Positions 1 through 15,046 of a stretch of DNA of 64,000 nt are shown in pieces. A program made the position numbers and the translations under genes. Position 1 is the first letter of the stretch. Each line of letters begins with the position of its first letter. Below the pieces are notes generated by a model that did no database searches, was not told the DNA's origin, and saw only the letters and a program-made list of their open reading frames with translations. Source of the stretch: Paramecium tetraurelia (taxonomy: Eukaryota); the NCBI GenBank assembly GCA_000165425.1, contig CT868057.1, positions 1-64,000 on the forward strand, read 5' to 3'.

Positions 1-1773
1 TGAATGTCAAACTCTAAAGTATAAGTATTCTTTCTCAAAATATCAATTTAGGAAGGTTAAATTTAAATATTTAATGCATCATCTTTTAGCAAGGTTGTAC
101 AATTCAATTTATGTGTTTGAGATTTTTCATGAAAACTAAAATTTGAGAATTTAACAATCATTATCATACAGTTCTCAAAATAGATATATAATAAATCCTC
201 TTGTTGCACTAAATAATTAATTTTCTTTTCGAAATTAATCTCAAAGGCTTTAAATTAAGTATTAATATATGAATAGCAGTAAAGAGTTTATTCTTCTTAC
301 ACTATGAATGCACTCTAAGATGCACTAATAAAAATTTTGGATTCATTAAAATTAAATCTATATTAATGATTTAAATGAATATTATTCATATCATCTGATA
401 TTGTAAAAGTTTGATTTAAGTGAAATACTATTCTAACAAAAAATTCAACATATTTATGAATTAGAATAATTGTATTTTAATTGATATTAGAAGCTATCAA
501 TTATGAATGTTAAATTTCTGATATGACACCACTTTTGTCAATAAAAAGAGTTACTTAACTTGGATATCCAACTATTATATCTAAATGACGATAAAGCAAC
601 TTTTAATTAACAGAATCTTAAACTGTAAAGTGAGTTGAACTATCATCTAATATAAATGTAACATTTTTTGGTAATAAATTAACTCTATATATAATTACCT
701 ATTCTTTAAGAATAAGATCAATGCAGAAAAATACGAATAAGTAAGTCGATTGCTAAAATTTCAAATAAGATGGGAAACTATTTATTTTTACAAATTATAA
801 CTGATCTTACTTTGAGCACAATATATATGGCAAATTCTCTAAATAGATAACTTCATTTGATTATGTTTGTAAAATATCATAAACTAAATAATTATTTACA
901 ATATATAACTATGATGTAAATTGAATTATAATGTTTTCGTTGATAAATCGCACTTACTCTATTTTGTTTAAATATGGATTGATTCGAAATTCTTAATTAC
1001 TTATTTCGAAAATCTTCTCAATATTATGATCTAAATAAATGGTCATATTAGCATTCAAATAAGACAATTCAACAAATTAAAAGTATTAAAAATCTTGATT
1101 ATCTAAAATATATGAGGTCGTAATAGAAAAATTCAAGAGGTTTATTTGTAAAGCTATGTAAGAATAATACACTATTAAATAATTGGCTTGATAAAATTAG
1201 ACATCATTTATCTCGTTAACTATTTTAGAATCCACATAATCCGATCCATTTAAAACTAACCTTTGTAATTAGAGATCACTCGAATCAGTAGACCATCTAA
1301 TCACAAATAAAGCACAAATTTAATCAAATTTCTCATAAATTATTATATATTGGCCTTTAAAAATCGAATGTTATGTTTAATTATAAATAGGTTGAATAAG
1401 TAATGAATCAATGATTTCACTTTTATCATTAATCATTTAAATCATCAACCCTTGTGAAGTTCTACATTAGATAATAAATTTATTAATCTAAATATTATGT
1501 AGCTATTCACATAAGTCATTTTCAGTTAGAAGAGTATATTGATAAGATTAGAAAATTGCAAGGTCTCCATCTATGAGTTAATTCATAATTCGATATTTGC
1601 AATAGATAGAACCAAGTTTTGAAAAGCATATATCAATAGCAGAGTTATCATATTATAATGATGTAAAAATCTTAATAAATTCCTATTGCATTGTTAAATT
1701 TCTATTGAAACTTGATAATTATTTTGATAAGGTTTTAGCATTACTTAATATGCTCTAAGATAGTCCGTTTGGA
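1..1773 (+). pseudogene. Coding-like, possibly degenerate sequence of unknown product; truncated by window edge and assembly gap
   Basis: Long TGA-poor stretches in the ciliate code (e.g. NLDYLKYMRSQQKNSRGLFVKLCKNN...HNPIHLKL; CIVKFLLKLDNYFDKVLALLNMLQDSPFG) interrupted by TGAs I cannot resolve with clean introns. Confidence 0.25.
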
Positions 1774-1923
1774 NNNNNNNNNNNNNNNNNNNNNNNNNNN
1801 NNNNNNNNNNNNNNNNNNNNNNNNNNNNNNNNNNNNNNNNNNNNNNNNNNNNNNNNNNNNNNNNNNNNNNNNNNNNNNNNNNNNNNNNNNNNNNNNNNNN
1901 NNNNNNNNNNNNNNNNNNNNNNN
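1774..1923. other. Assembly gap (150 N)
   Basis: Run of n characters. Confidence 1.
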
Positions 1924-2328
1924 AATTTTAATTTAATTTAATCAATCTTTTAAATTAAAATTAATATATAAAACTCATATTCGTTTTTTAACTTTTGTTT
2001 GCTTAACTAAAGAACATATGTTCATGAAAAAACCTTAATTTTATTTCTAAATTTTTTATCTCTCAGATATTAGAAATACAGCGAATATTTATCAAAGTTT
2101 CAAGTTTCTTCAACTTTAATGTTATCTTCTACTTTTGACACTGTTATATTCGATTCGATTACAAAAAATGAGATCAAATCTAAATTATATGAAGAATTTA
2201 ATTTTGAAAGAGGTTTAAGATAACGAAAAAAAAAATTTGTATTTATTTAAATGTTTTTTAATTAAGAGATACTATTTATAGATAAATGATAATAAATTAA
2301 TGACTTAAGAAGTGATATCTTCTTAGAA

Positions 2329-5300
2329 TCATTAATTATTTTCAATTATTTAAAATATATTTCTAACATTCATTACCATTGGTTTCCTCTTCTAAAATTT
2401 ATTCAAACAGTATGTTTTGACTTTAAGATAAAATTAATATCCGCACCTTACTAAGGGAGAGACTAAAGCTAGTATCAAGAAACTTATTTATATAAACCCC
2501 GCATTTATTTATTGATCAGTCGAAAAATACTTTGAGAAGTCAGAGCAATAAATTATACAAGATAATGTAAAGATCATTACTGGTCCTTCCATCCAAATAA
2601 TGATCAATAAATCGAGTTTATTTGCAGTGAATGGAGTACTAATTATAGATCCAAGATACCAAAATAATACACATGTTAATAGCAAGCATTGTATGAGAGG
2701 GTAACTTTGCAAAATTATAAGAATTACTAAAAAAAGGACTTTTTTGAGTAAAATAATGTCTTCATGCTAAGTGATTCTTAAATCTTTTAAACTAGTTTAT
2801 TGATTCTAACTTCTGAAATTTTTGGTTAAAATAATAATTATGGATATCAGATAAACTATTGAGATAGTATGAGAAATGATATCTCTTAATCCTAACTAAT
2901 GAGTAGAACCTAAATATATTAAAATTTTAAATAATAGATCCCAACTATTAGCATGGAATAATTGAATTAAACCTTCTGCATTAAAGATATCGCCTATTTT
3001 ACATATATATTTATTAAAGTAATAAAGTTTAATTCCAATAAATTGAATGATTCTACTATTAACTCGTCTAAAATAATATATATATTTTATGCCAAAGCAA
3101 TATGAATATATAATATTTTAATAGCATTTTACAATAATATACAAAACACTCAGGAACCCTACTTAAATTAATTACCCATAAATATTGACTAACAAATCTG
3201 CGTTTAATTGATATTCAAAAAACTTACCTATACTGTCTAATTATTCATATCCAATTAATTATTATAAAAAATCATGAATTTGTAACTTTGCCAAAGTAGG
3301 ACTAACAGTTACAAATTCTGAAGATTCAAAATATATTTGAATATTTTATGGAAATTGAACATTTATGAATTTCAGATATGATTAAAATTGCAAAGTATCT
3401 AAAATTTCCAAACATTAACTAGGATTTCCAAAAAAGAATAAGAAGACACTACTGCTAGCTAATCCAATCATCATATAAGTACCAAGAGCTTGAAAATTAT
3501 TGGCAGTTTCCAACTAATCTGTGTTCAAGATTTTGGGTAATTGTAAATTGATAGTTTAGATTGAGGTATTAACCATCATTTGGTTTTGGTCTTCTAAATT
3601 AGCATCGATTTCGGCAGCTAAGACAATATTTGTTGCTGTAATAGATTCTAAGAATTGAATTTAAATTTCATAGCTAACATCAAGTAGAACAGTCTAATCA
3701 ATTTCAACTACAGGAATTATAGTAATAGAATATGCGTCTTGTTCAATTGAAGGGATAGATGTTTTAATTTTATCAGTAAAATTTAAAATAGTTTCATTTA
3801 ACTTAACTTTATTTGAAAAGTATAATTAAATGTATTAAATTTATTAAGTTTGATTAAGGTATTATAATTTTATAATAGTGTTAGGAGAACAAATACTAGG
3901 TTTATATGGGTAATTATTACAAAACCAATAAGGTTCGATCTGACATGAGCTTGAACAACCATCGCCATCAATCTTATTCCCATCATCACATTCTTCATTA
4001 TTGGAATATTTAGCATCAGCACATTGATTTTAGACAACTTCATCCTCATCATCATCTATAATAAATGTTTAATTATTAACTTCACAGTAATCCTTTGCAA
4101 TTATATACCCATCTATACACTCTATGCATGATCCTTAACGACAAATTTGGCATGCTTTTTCACACTAAAACAGGCAATTAAAACAACCATCATAAGGAAT
4201 ATCATTTCCATCCTCACATTCTTCTAATCCACCTACAATATTATCGTCTCCACATATTGGTCTACAAGAATCGTTAGACAATTCAAAGTACTTTTCGCAA
4301 ACCAAACAAGTGTGTCTATCAGCACAGGATTTGCAATATGGAACACACTCAAATTTACATTAATAGCATCCGTCTCCATTATCATAATTTCCATCATCAC
4401 ATTGTTCCATAGAAGATTAAGCTACTTAACCATCCCCACAATATTGGTAACAACCATAATCTATAAGCTGCCAACCATCAAGACACTAATAACATTTATT
4501 TTCAACACAATTTAAGCATTCCAATAAGCAACTTTATTAGCATTTGTAGCATCCGTCAAATTAAATGTTGTTCTAATCATCACATATTTCTTTTTCTATC
4601 ATAAGCCCATCATTACAAATTGGAGTACAGGCCAATCTATTATATTCCAATACATAATTATCATCACATTATACACATTTATTATAAATACTTTCTTTAC
4701 AATTTTTTATCGCTGCTATTCTACATTAGTTATAAAAATATCCAAAAATTCCAAAATCTTAAAGGCTACAAGTTAGAGGAGTTATTAATTTAAATTTAGA
4801 ATTTTAGTTATTAAAGAGATTATGTTAGTAATGCCCATTCTCAATCATATTGTTTATTCTATTATAACATCTTCTATTTTCTTATTCTTCTTAACTCTCA
4901 AAACCATCACAAATATATTTACACTACCCATATATTAGTTCATATTTTGGTAAACATTATTTACATATTCCAAATCGGCATTCACGACAATTCAATGGAC
5001 ACGAATATTTACAATTATGACAACCATCATTCTCTACTCTATTCCCATCATCACACTCCTCATCACATGTGATTATTAAATCTCCACATTTCTTTTTGCT
5101 AATTGTTTTTTTCTTTTCATTCATCTTCTACTAAGAATTGCAACTTAAAAATAACCATGCCCACTCATTTATATATTCATTGCACTCTAATGAATCATAC
5201 AAATATTAACACTAAATATGACTTAGATCTTTTTGTGTAATTGGAAGTCTTAATTTCAAATATTTATTATAAGAAATCTTCTCAATGTCTTAGTAAGATG

Positions 5301-6675
5301 TTTTCCATTTCAGACAATACCCAAATTAACATATTAAGCAATCTTGTTAACAAGAGTATTTACATTAATGGCATCCGTCATATGGATATGTGTTACCATC
5401 ATCACACTTCTTCAAAATATGTAATAAGAGTATCACCACATATCGGTAAACACTTCTTATTTTATTCATAAAATTCCCATCCTTGTTAACATTCCAAACA
5501 TACACCTCTTACACAGTTTACACAACCTTCAATGCAATCATAAATCTCAGCAAAGCACCCATCAAAAGGATAGATGTTGTTATCAAAGCAAGAATCATCA
5601 ATTAAAGTTGGTCTAATAAATAATTAAAAATCTCTGATTCCAGCCCCATTAGATAATGAATTATAACTTTACTGAGAATTCATTGTAATAGTTAAAGTAA
5701 TTGAATTATTGTTTATGTGGAATATTAATGGATATTTAATCGGACTTATGATTTAATAAGAATGAATAGAATTAGGATAAATTATTACCTACCTCTAAAG
5801 ATTCGAAACAACTACTAACTGATCATCAATTAGTATATCAAATTTGTGATATTAATTGAAGCTTACTAACTTCATTGATACGCTAACAGCATCATGAGCT
5901 GGTAGTTATATTGTTTTAGTAGAATTCAAAGACATAAATTAATAAATGCAATAATCTAATATAAATTTTGAAATACCTCCTATATTAACTATACTATTAT
6001 ACATTAGCCCATTATACTAAAACCATCCTTCATTAAAGTTAGCATAATTGAGGGATAAAGCAGTAAAATATTTAATATATAATATTTAATTATAGCACCC
6101 ATTCTGGTCACAAGAATCACAACCATCTGGACATTTTTCTATGAATAATTGAAATTTGGAAATTCCCCAATATCTATATCCTGTTATTAATATCTAAACA
6201 GTTGGGCTTGAATGATCAGTAGTTATATCCAGTTAAAAAGTCTCATCATAATAGGTTGAATTTCCACAGAGATTAGTTACACTTGTAGAATTATCATAAT
6301 TTTAATTATGCTTTTCAATATTATCTATATAGACTTTAAAATAGTCTCCATACCATAAGTCAATTCTATCAATATATCTGAATATATAACCTCCAAAACA
6401 AAAATTTTATTCTTAGTTTATAATGTGGTTGGAGCTCAAAGGTCTTTACTATGAAAACGTTATAGTTAAAGCAGTTATAACCTCCAAAAATTGAACTTGA
6501 ACTACAAGTTGTTGAAGTACATCCTGAGTTGTAGTAGTAGTTCTAAAACCAATCTAAATTAGTATATCAAATCGCTACCTAAAGTGATGCTTGTAAAAAA
6601 ATTTTGATATTAAAGGGTTTCAGTCTTAGATCTTGTTATGTAATGCAATAAAACTAGGCTTTTTAAAATACTCAT
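2329..6675 (-). CDS. Large Cys-rich surface/membrane protein with Myxococcus-type Cys-rich repeats (DUF4215-like) and a multi-pass C-terminal membrane region
   Basis: ATG 6675 (MSILKSLVLLHYITRS, signal-like); tiny introns; repeated CGD(G)xxxxxEECDDGNxxxxDGC units at ~3950-5580; hydrophobic helices at ~2400-3500; TGA 2329-2331. Confidence 0.85.
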
Positions 6676-7449
6676 CTCTTCAAAAGAGATTTTATGAAAT
6701 ATATAATAATAAAATAGTATTTTAGGAATTAGTAAGAAAATCACAAACCCAAATCAAGTGTTTTGTTCCTTCAAAGGGATTTTATATTTTTGGGATTAAA
6801 AATTATTATAATACAATATTGATCTGAATAACTTTTTAATCATCCTAAAAATTTAATATAAAGATGCAAATTATTCCTCAAGAAATCAATATTTCTAAAC
6901 ATCAAATTTATTGAATAAATAAGCGTTTCATCAAGATTTTAATTTAAATTTAAGAATTAATATGCAATGATTTTTTTGATAAAGGTTTAATAATTTTTCA
7001 TTCCATTTTAATTCTTTTTTAATAATATCCTCATCATCTCTCAGCCAATTACAACAAAAAATATATCAATAATTAATGGATCATGTAATGATAATTCTAA
7101 AGTATTACAGCAAGATTTATATTAATATAATTAAGTTATAAAATTTAATGCTATTGAATAGATTAATCAGAAATCATAGAATGATAAATTAATTATACCT
7201 AAGTTGAGCAAAAATAATCTTAAGCGTTAACTCTGTTCAGATTTAAATATTATACTTTACAAATAAAAACAATCAGGATTTATTTATGTTAAAATTAGAA
7301 ATGATATAGAATAAATATTATAAGTAAAGATTATATAATTTTAAAACATATTATTCAGAATCATTGTTTCACAACATTTGATATTTATTTGTTTATTAAA
7401 AATCACTATCCATATATATATAAAATTTTTGAAAATTTAAGACAATTAA

Positions 7450-8025
7450 TATGAAAAACTATTAATTTAAAGATCTTATGTTCATAATCAATGTTTAAAC
7501 ATAATGATTCTGTAAGCGGACTATCCTACTGTTAGGAAGAAGACAGAGTTATTTCTTGTGGTTTAGATTGTATGATTTTAATTATTGAATAAGTTAAAAA
7601 AATACAAATGTAAGTTGGGTTGTGAACTAAAATATAAGTTGATTAATATGGTTATCGTTTAAGCTTTATAAATAATAAAATATTAGTATTTCAACCCGAA
7701 TAATGTAATAATTCAAACTTAATTATCTACACTCTTACTGATTAAAGATAATTTACTATAAGCAGCAAACTTCCGTTACTGGTGGAATATTTTCATGGCA
7801 TTATTATTTCCCTCTCATTTATAATAGTAAAATAAATATCCTTATTAATAAAAATCACAATAATATAAATGTGATAAAAGTGTTAAAATCTGGTAAGAAA
7901 GAAGAATGTGTAAAATTCAGGAAATAGACTTTAAAGATAGTTACAACTTTGGTACTTTAAGTGATGATGGAGAATATTTAGTAACCTGGTCCGAACATTG
8001 TAAGGAAATACGTAGAATAAATTGA
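7450..8025 (+). pseudogene. Truncated, frameshifted WD40-repeat gene remnant, paralog of 13856-14878
   Basis: HNDSVSGLSYCQEEDRVISCGLDC ... FGTLSDDGEYLVTWSEHCKEIRRIN* matches the C-terminal half of the 13.9-14.9 kb WD40 gene; N-terminal blades missing and frame disrupted; start approximate. Confidence 0.65.
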
Positions 8026-8272
8026 ATTATTTTATTCTCAATAACTTATTGTATATATTCATAAAAAAATTGGATTATGATTATTTTCTTGAACGTATTA
8101 TAGATTTTTTATTCTAAATGTTTAAGCATACCAATGTAAATTGTAATATAGTTTTGGATGAAAAATTTTATAAGATATAAGATAACTATTTATATTATAA
8201 AATTTATTTTTTAATTTAAATAATCTTTTATTAGATAACATCTTTATATAACATATATTTCATGATTTCTCA

Positions 8273-9209
8273 TCATCTTTAATTTCTAATCTTGTTATAA
8301 TTATCAAATTTGTGCTAATTTTCTGGGTGATAACCCAAACAACATGTAAATATAAACATCAATCCCATAATAAATGCCATAATTATAAATACTATTCCAG
8401 ATATTGAAAAAAGCCTCTTAAAATAATTACCTAATGCTTTATAGCAAGAGAATCTAGAATAATTTCAATCAGTACTTTTGATCTTTCACATCTGAATTGA
8501 CGTCATTAAACATTTAAATTGGATACTCTATGCACCAACCTGAACAATCAAATTTTTCTTCCATCCACTAAATAGCTGATGCATCCATAGAGAAAGCGCT
8601 ATTAAAATAACTGCATTCTTATGCTTTTATCGCCTAATAGATATTTTACATTTAAATTGTACTTTGCTCTCATCAGTTTTAGAATATACTAAGACTTCTG
8701 TTGATGCTTAAGGAGTGATATCCTTCGAATAGTAACATTCACAAGGGCTTTTGCACAGATTTAATTAAGCTTGATTGTACATTGTTTGAACTGTTGTATA
8801 TTATGGATCTGATGGACTGCAAGTTTGATCCTATGCCATAAAAGCTCCAACAATAATTGCTATAACTCCTACTAAGGTGAAAGTCACAAAGAAGCATAAG
8901 TTCCCCATGTTGAACATTACTAAAAAATATTTCCTATTCTTCATTATAGTCCCTAGTATTCCACATATTGCGACTACCAAGATTCCCAAAGCCAAGGTCC
9001 AAAATGGTCTTGATAAAAATTTCAACGAGATGAAGCCCTAAGAAATTAGAACATCTTCTTACTACTCCTAATCCCGATAGTTATTCATCCACTTTACCCA
9101 AAAGTTTTGAAATATAATATGCACCAATAAAAGCCAATATAGAAAGTCCAAAAGCAATAAAGACTTAAACAAAAGCAATAATCTTCAATGTTTTAATAGG
9201 CAAACACAT
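8273..9209 (-). CDS. Tetraspanin family protein
   Basis: MCLPIKTLKIIAFVQ...; three N-terminal TM helices, Cys-rich loop with KFDCSGWC, fourth TM, CCLGYHPE tail; TGA 8273-8275. Confidence 0.85.
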
Positions 9210-9399
9210 TTCTAAATTAAAATTTTATGCAATAAGATCATAAAATAAACTTGTCTTAGATCACAAAATATATCTTTAAATCAATTTAATTATTATATAT
9301 GGTAAAGAGATCAAAGATTCAATATTAAATATTTAAACACACCAATTTCAACAAATTGATAAACAAATGCCCTTTAATTAAAATCAATTATGTATAGTA

Positions 9400-11150
9400 A
9401 ATAAATGAAGGTTGCTTATAAATCTAAATAAAATAAAAGGATGAAATTTACTATTTCAGAGGCAAATAAAAGCGAAACTTAGGCTAGAGACTTTACAGTA
9501 ACCCTGTAACAGTCTTCAAAGATGTTCTGCTCCTTATAAAAAGGTTAACATTTCAACATTAGAAAGGGATGGAAGAAACTTCCTCCATGGTTATTGGTAA
9601 GTAGTGAGCAATTAACAGAATACAAGATTATTATAAAATATGAAATTACATGTAGCGTAGATGAAGAAAAAACTTTATAACTGATTTTTCTGAATCCCTT
9701 GTATTATTAAAATAATTAAATAATACTATTTATAGTCCCTTAAAAAGGACGAAAATCAAGATATTAAATTTAGATTATTACAAATATAATATGTAGCTAT
9801 TTGCCAAATATCAGTTCGAGGTAGTTAAACAGCGGGCTCTTTAAAAACAAAGATAAGTCTAAATTAATCACAATTTAAATATCTGAAAAAACTCTAGTTT
9901 AGAGGAATGGACTTAAGTAAGCTAAAATAAATTTTTAGTTTCCAATTTGTTATCTTAAGATAAACCTTGGTTCTTAGTTTATTTGCTTGATATAAGCGAT
10001 TATGCAGACTTTTGTAATCACTTCATCTTTTGAAATCACCTTTTATAATCCAAAACTTCAGTTCCTTTAAAGGAAGGTAATTACAATAGCTTGTATGTTG
10101 AACTCTTAGAAATTAAACCAAATACTTTCTATATGTTCAAATCTATATATCTCCTTATTATGTATCTCCATTTTTTTCTCTGAAACATATTAAAATAGCT
10201 TCGTCCCCACTTATTTAACATTTTCATATGGTTTTTACTAACAACTTTATACTTTGATAAATTTATTTGTTATTTTGCACTTTACTTCTTTATAAGATTG
10301 ATTCTTATGTCATTACACCAACATGTAAAATTCGTTAAATTATTAGCTTATTACAATATATACGTGTTTTTATTATTAGCAATTCTATGCTTATTATTGT
10401 GATTATTTTAATAATGTAAAGTCAAATTAATTAAACAATTATGATTAGATAGGTTTTTGAATGAAAATTTAATGTTGGATGGCACAACTTTAAAATAAGT
10501 AGCAATAAGTTCTAGAAATCAAAATAAGTCTTACTAATATATTTTCTATTCTTTTTTTATGCTATTTGAATCAAATTCTGTTTTTGACTAAGAAGATTGT
10601 TGAAATTTCTTATCTGATCTAATCTTTAAAATTATCTTTCATTCCCAATTATTACTACAAATGAAGAAATTTTGTTAGAATTAGACTAGCTTATTATTAT
10701 TCCATATATTAATTTTTTAATTTATTGGTAGAATTTTTTATGTATGAGAGATTTTAATAAGAATGAAAAACAAGGAAGAAATTTATAATTTCTAATTTTT
10801 GTTACATATATTTGTGTTTATATTTATTATTGCAAATTTGATTATAAAGGGGGAGAAAGTTACAACTTTATGTTTTATAACTGGATGGAATATACTGAAT
10901 TATAAGTTATTTCAATCTCTACATATTTTATCTTCTTCACCCTCTAATTCACTCTTTTGATATCTTATAATCTTATCTCCCTATTTTGAGTTTATTAATC
11001 CATCTAATCTCTCACCTACTAATCAAAGTCAATTAATTTTTAGAATGATAAAAGATTCACACAATAAATGTATAACGCTTTTAAAAGCAGTAAATCAATT
11101 TGGTTAAACATTAATAATTATTTAAAATAATAAGAAATGCAACTCATTAT
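9400..11150 (+). pseudogene. Decayed multi-pass membrane region, resembling the C-terminal half of the Cys-rich surface protein family
   Basis: Alternating hydrophobic segments and coding-like patches with several frame breaks; boundaries approximate. Confidence 0.3.
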
Positions 11151-11974
11151 GTTTTTGATCTCTTTAATTTTTGAAGTAGCCAACTTTTAGCGAATCCATT
11201 CAATAAATTAAGATTCTTCTCAAATAGGGTATATTGAAGATGTCAGTGATTAATTACAGAAGATATTATAATTAAAAATAAGTATTAGAAGATTACAAAT
11301 TGAATATAAGATGGTTAGCTATCAAAGAAAGAGAACAATAGTTTGAAAATAGCCTTGAGATTTTGGAATTTAAGTTTCCAAACTTAGAAAGGAATATTCA
11401 TACTAAGGTAACAGTATTAGAACAACAGAAGAAAAAAATTTATCAAATCTTAAAAATTATTCAAGAAGTTAGATACAATTCAAAAATCCTTTTATAAAAT
11501 ATATAAAAAGTATTTATTTATAAATATACATAAGAAAGTACATAACAATAAATTTCAAACTCTATCTAAATTGACTTTAAGGATAATTGGCCCTACTCTG
11601 TAAATGCACTCACATTAATCATAATTTTTTTCACTTTTGATTCTGTGAGTAGTTGAAGCTCCAGGCCTAAAAATAGATATAATAAATCTGATAATTATTG
11701 TGATGTTATTTTAATTTTAATTGATTTGAATTAGTAAAAAATAAATCTCCTAACTTTAATTTTATATCAGCCATCAAAATATATTACAGCATATCATTAA
11801 TAGTTTTTAGAGCAATTTACAAAAATTAGATGATTTATAATTTCAATAAGAAAATTTTATGATCTTTTTTATAAATCAATATTGTAATGTTGTTTTTTCC
11901 TTGATAATTTGATTCAACCAAAAAATTAAGAAGCAACAAAATTAATGTGAGATAATTAATTATATTTAAAATTT

Positions 11975-13000
11975 ATGAAACATAATAAGACATGAGAATA
12001 GTGGGATACTATATACCAATATTGTCAAGATCTTAAAACGTTGGATGGATCAGATTATTTTCATATTCAATTTTATAGGATGGATTGTAAATAATAATTA
12101 TCATGGGAATTTATTTTCAAATTTTAAGGGTTTTAGTTTGTTGGAGGATTTGAGGTATTTGGAACTAATACAATAATACCTAGGCTTTGTTCCTTAAGGT
12201 CTCATTATAAAATCAATATAAATTTCAAATTTAGGAAGTATTTTTTCAAATAGAAAGCAGAATTGATACCTTTAATGGTGAATTTATCTAAGGGATTATA
12301 GATGATATATTATAGTCAAAAAGTTATCAATTGTAGGATGGGATCTTATTATGCGGGTCGGAAAGGGCTTACATTGTGGTTATTGAATTGTTACATTTAT
12401 AATGAATCATAATTCAGAATCATTAGTGTTAATAATGACTAAAACCAAGACGAAGCTCCCTTTTAAGAAAAAAATAAACATAAATTAAGGTGAGTTTACG
12501 ATTGAGAGACTTTAATTTGTTTGTAGTAAAAAGTCCTTAGGGTTGTTGATATTGTTCAGAAAATGATTAACATAATTTAATTATTCGTTTGGTGTAGAAA
12601 AATTTTATAGATAATTAGTAAATTGATTCATGGAATAATGAAAATTTTTAGTTACTTTTAGAAGATAAAATTTATAATTAAACTGTTTCAAGTATTTCTA
12701 TTTGGGGATCCAATGGATTAGAAATATAGTTAATATTGCAGTTACTTTATATCATTCATGATGTAAAATAACTATGAGAACTAATCGTAATGCAGTATCT
12801 ACAAATGTATTGGGAATAAGGTAATTAATGCATATATTGTAAAGTGTTGTAATGGTTACGATGGGTGTCTAGGTTTTAAAAAATGATTGGACTCGGATGG
12901 GTCCATTATATTAATTAATGTATAAATTGTATTCATTAATCCCAGTAAAAGCCTCTTTTTTCATAAATTTTAATTACTCCAATTAATGATTCAAAGTCTA
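11975..13000 (+). pseudogene. Decayed N-terminal fragment of the Cys-rich surface protein family
   Basis: GGFEVFGTNT...HYKINI..FKFRK^IDTFNGE aligns with GGYNCF...PHYKLRIKFCFWR^IDLWYGD of 2329-6675, with the same phase-2 intron; second repeat IDSWNNENF; frame breaks. Confidence 0.6.
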
Positions 13001-13855
13001 ATAAAAGGAATAAATTGAGATCTATCTAATAGAACCTAAATAAAAATTTTTAAGGACAAGAGTCAGATTAAGAAATGATATAATTCCAAATTATATATTG
13101 ATTAATTATATTTTTGTGAATCTTATAATTGTTTTAAGCATAATTAAAGTATCTAATAAAGATTATTCAATTTATTAAGTACCATAAGTAGATAATATGT
13201 TTGTTCAAATTAAAATATTAGAAATTTTATAGAAACTGTTTGAATATATAAATTAAATTATTTTGATAAAATAATCATAATTTATATTTTGCAAGATAAT
13301 CTAAAAAAATTTTGAAACAATTAATCATATTATTTTAATAACTTCCTATTTCCGCATATGAAAATGATCATTCATAATAATCGTTGGATTGGAATATTTT
13401 ATTATTTAAAATTTAAAGTTATTGACTATTCTCTTAATGAAAAGTGATAAAAATTATAAAAAATAACTACTTTTCACAAACTCATAGATCTATTTTTGTT
13501 ATATGATTAATCAAATAATTGAATAAGATTGAATAGTTTTACCAAATCATTTCAATAAATTTCGAACCTAAACACTCACCCATCTTGAGAATAAATTAAT
13601 GGATATTAAATATTATCAAATATTATTAATCATGTTTAAGGAATTAAAAAAATAAAAAATCACTAGAGTTATTAAATCATATAAATCAAAAACTAAATAC
13701 TAGATATCTTTTTGAGAATTAAATAAGATAGTTTATTAGTTTAGATACATTTAATTAAAACGTTTACATCAAGTAATATCAAAAAATTAGAATTATTGAA
13801 TCGTAAGAGTAAAAAGAATAAAATTTCTCAATCATTTTTGTTTCCTATATATTTT

Positions 13856-14878
13856 TCATTAGCCTTTAAAAACTCTGATTTAAATTTTTTCTGTATTTGC
13901 ATCCCAAGTTACTAAGAAATTACCATCTTTACTCATTGTTCCAAAAATATTTGCTATGTCATACATGTCAGTTCCGAAATTGATTGATTGTTCTAACTTT
14001 AATACACATTCTTCATTTCCTAGCCTGTTTTTGTTTTTATTTAATTTTATCAAATTTACATGCGCTCCATTCTTGTTCATTATAACACTTTTTTAACTGT
14101 TGAATATGGAAGGAAAAAGAGAGGAACACAATTAGCCTCCACCTTTAACAGCCAGATTATAGGAGTTTATGTAAGTTTTTGTTGTTTTATCTAATTAAAA
14201 TATGCAAAGGTGAGTTTATAGAGAGGATTAAAATGTAAATATTTCATTATTGATGAAGCACACTCTATAACCCCACAATTCGACCTTAATTTTCTATTTA
14301 ATTATCCATTTTGTATCCTCTTAAAGCTGTATAACCAATAGTAAACAATCAAATCCACAGGAAATCAATTTATTTTATTCATTCATGCTTAATCCATATA
14401 CAGGTTGGGTATGGACTGAAATGGTTTCAGAACAGCACCATTATTTTAGATTTTAGAATGGAGAATTCCAAAACTTTATTGTAGTATCATAACTACCTGA
14501 GACAATTAAATTTTCTTAATTGTTGAGTGCCACGCAAAGTATACTTTTGGAATGATTTTACAAGGATTGTAAGTATTTTGCTTTTGAAATTAAATTGGTT
14601 GACCACATGATAATTTAACCATCATCTGATCCTGAAAAGAAATTTCCTTGGCTAAAAAAGTTGAGTGTGGTTGCTGCTTTGGAATGTTTATGCAAATATT
14701 GTATGAATTTGGTCACTCCTTATTTGAACTGGTACACCTTTATAATGGATTAACTGCCCACAAGTAGAAGACTATTATCGTTGTTAATTGCAATAGTGCG
14801 ACAATAACTTTTTTACTTTATAAAACTGTTAGGCAACAACTCATAGCAAATCGCTTTTTAGGCTGGATCTTATTGCAT
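13856..14878 (-). CDS. WD40-repeat protein (340 aa, intronless)
   Basis: MQQDPAQKAICYEL...; FFSGSDDGQIIMW, IVSGSYDTTIKFW, LISCGFD; continuous frame to TGA 13856-13858. Confidence 0.88.
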
Positions 14879-15046
14879 AAACTTTTAAATATTAATGAAC
14901 AATCTTCTTCATAATAACTATTATATTGTTCTATATAATCAATAATCAGTAATAGGTTTTAAATGTATGATTTTTAGTCACAAACTTTAACTAATAACAT
15001 AATATTAGTTTGCAATATTTAAATCATAAATATAGATTATAGACTC

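Noticed and set aside
1080..1773. UBR1-type E3 ligase (HNPIH and WPLK-like motifs)
   Set aside because: The suggestive motifs lie in different frames and the similarity is too weak.
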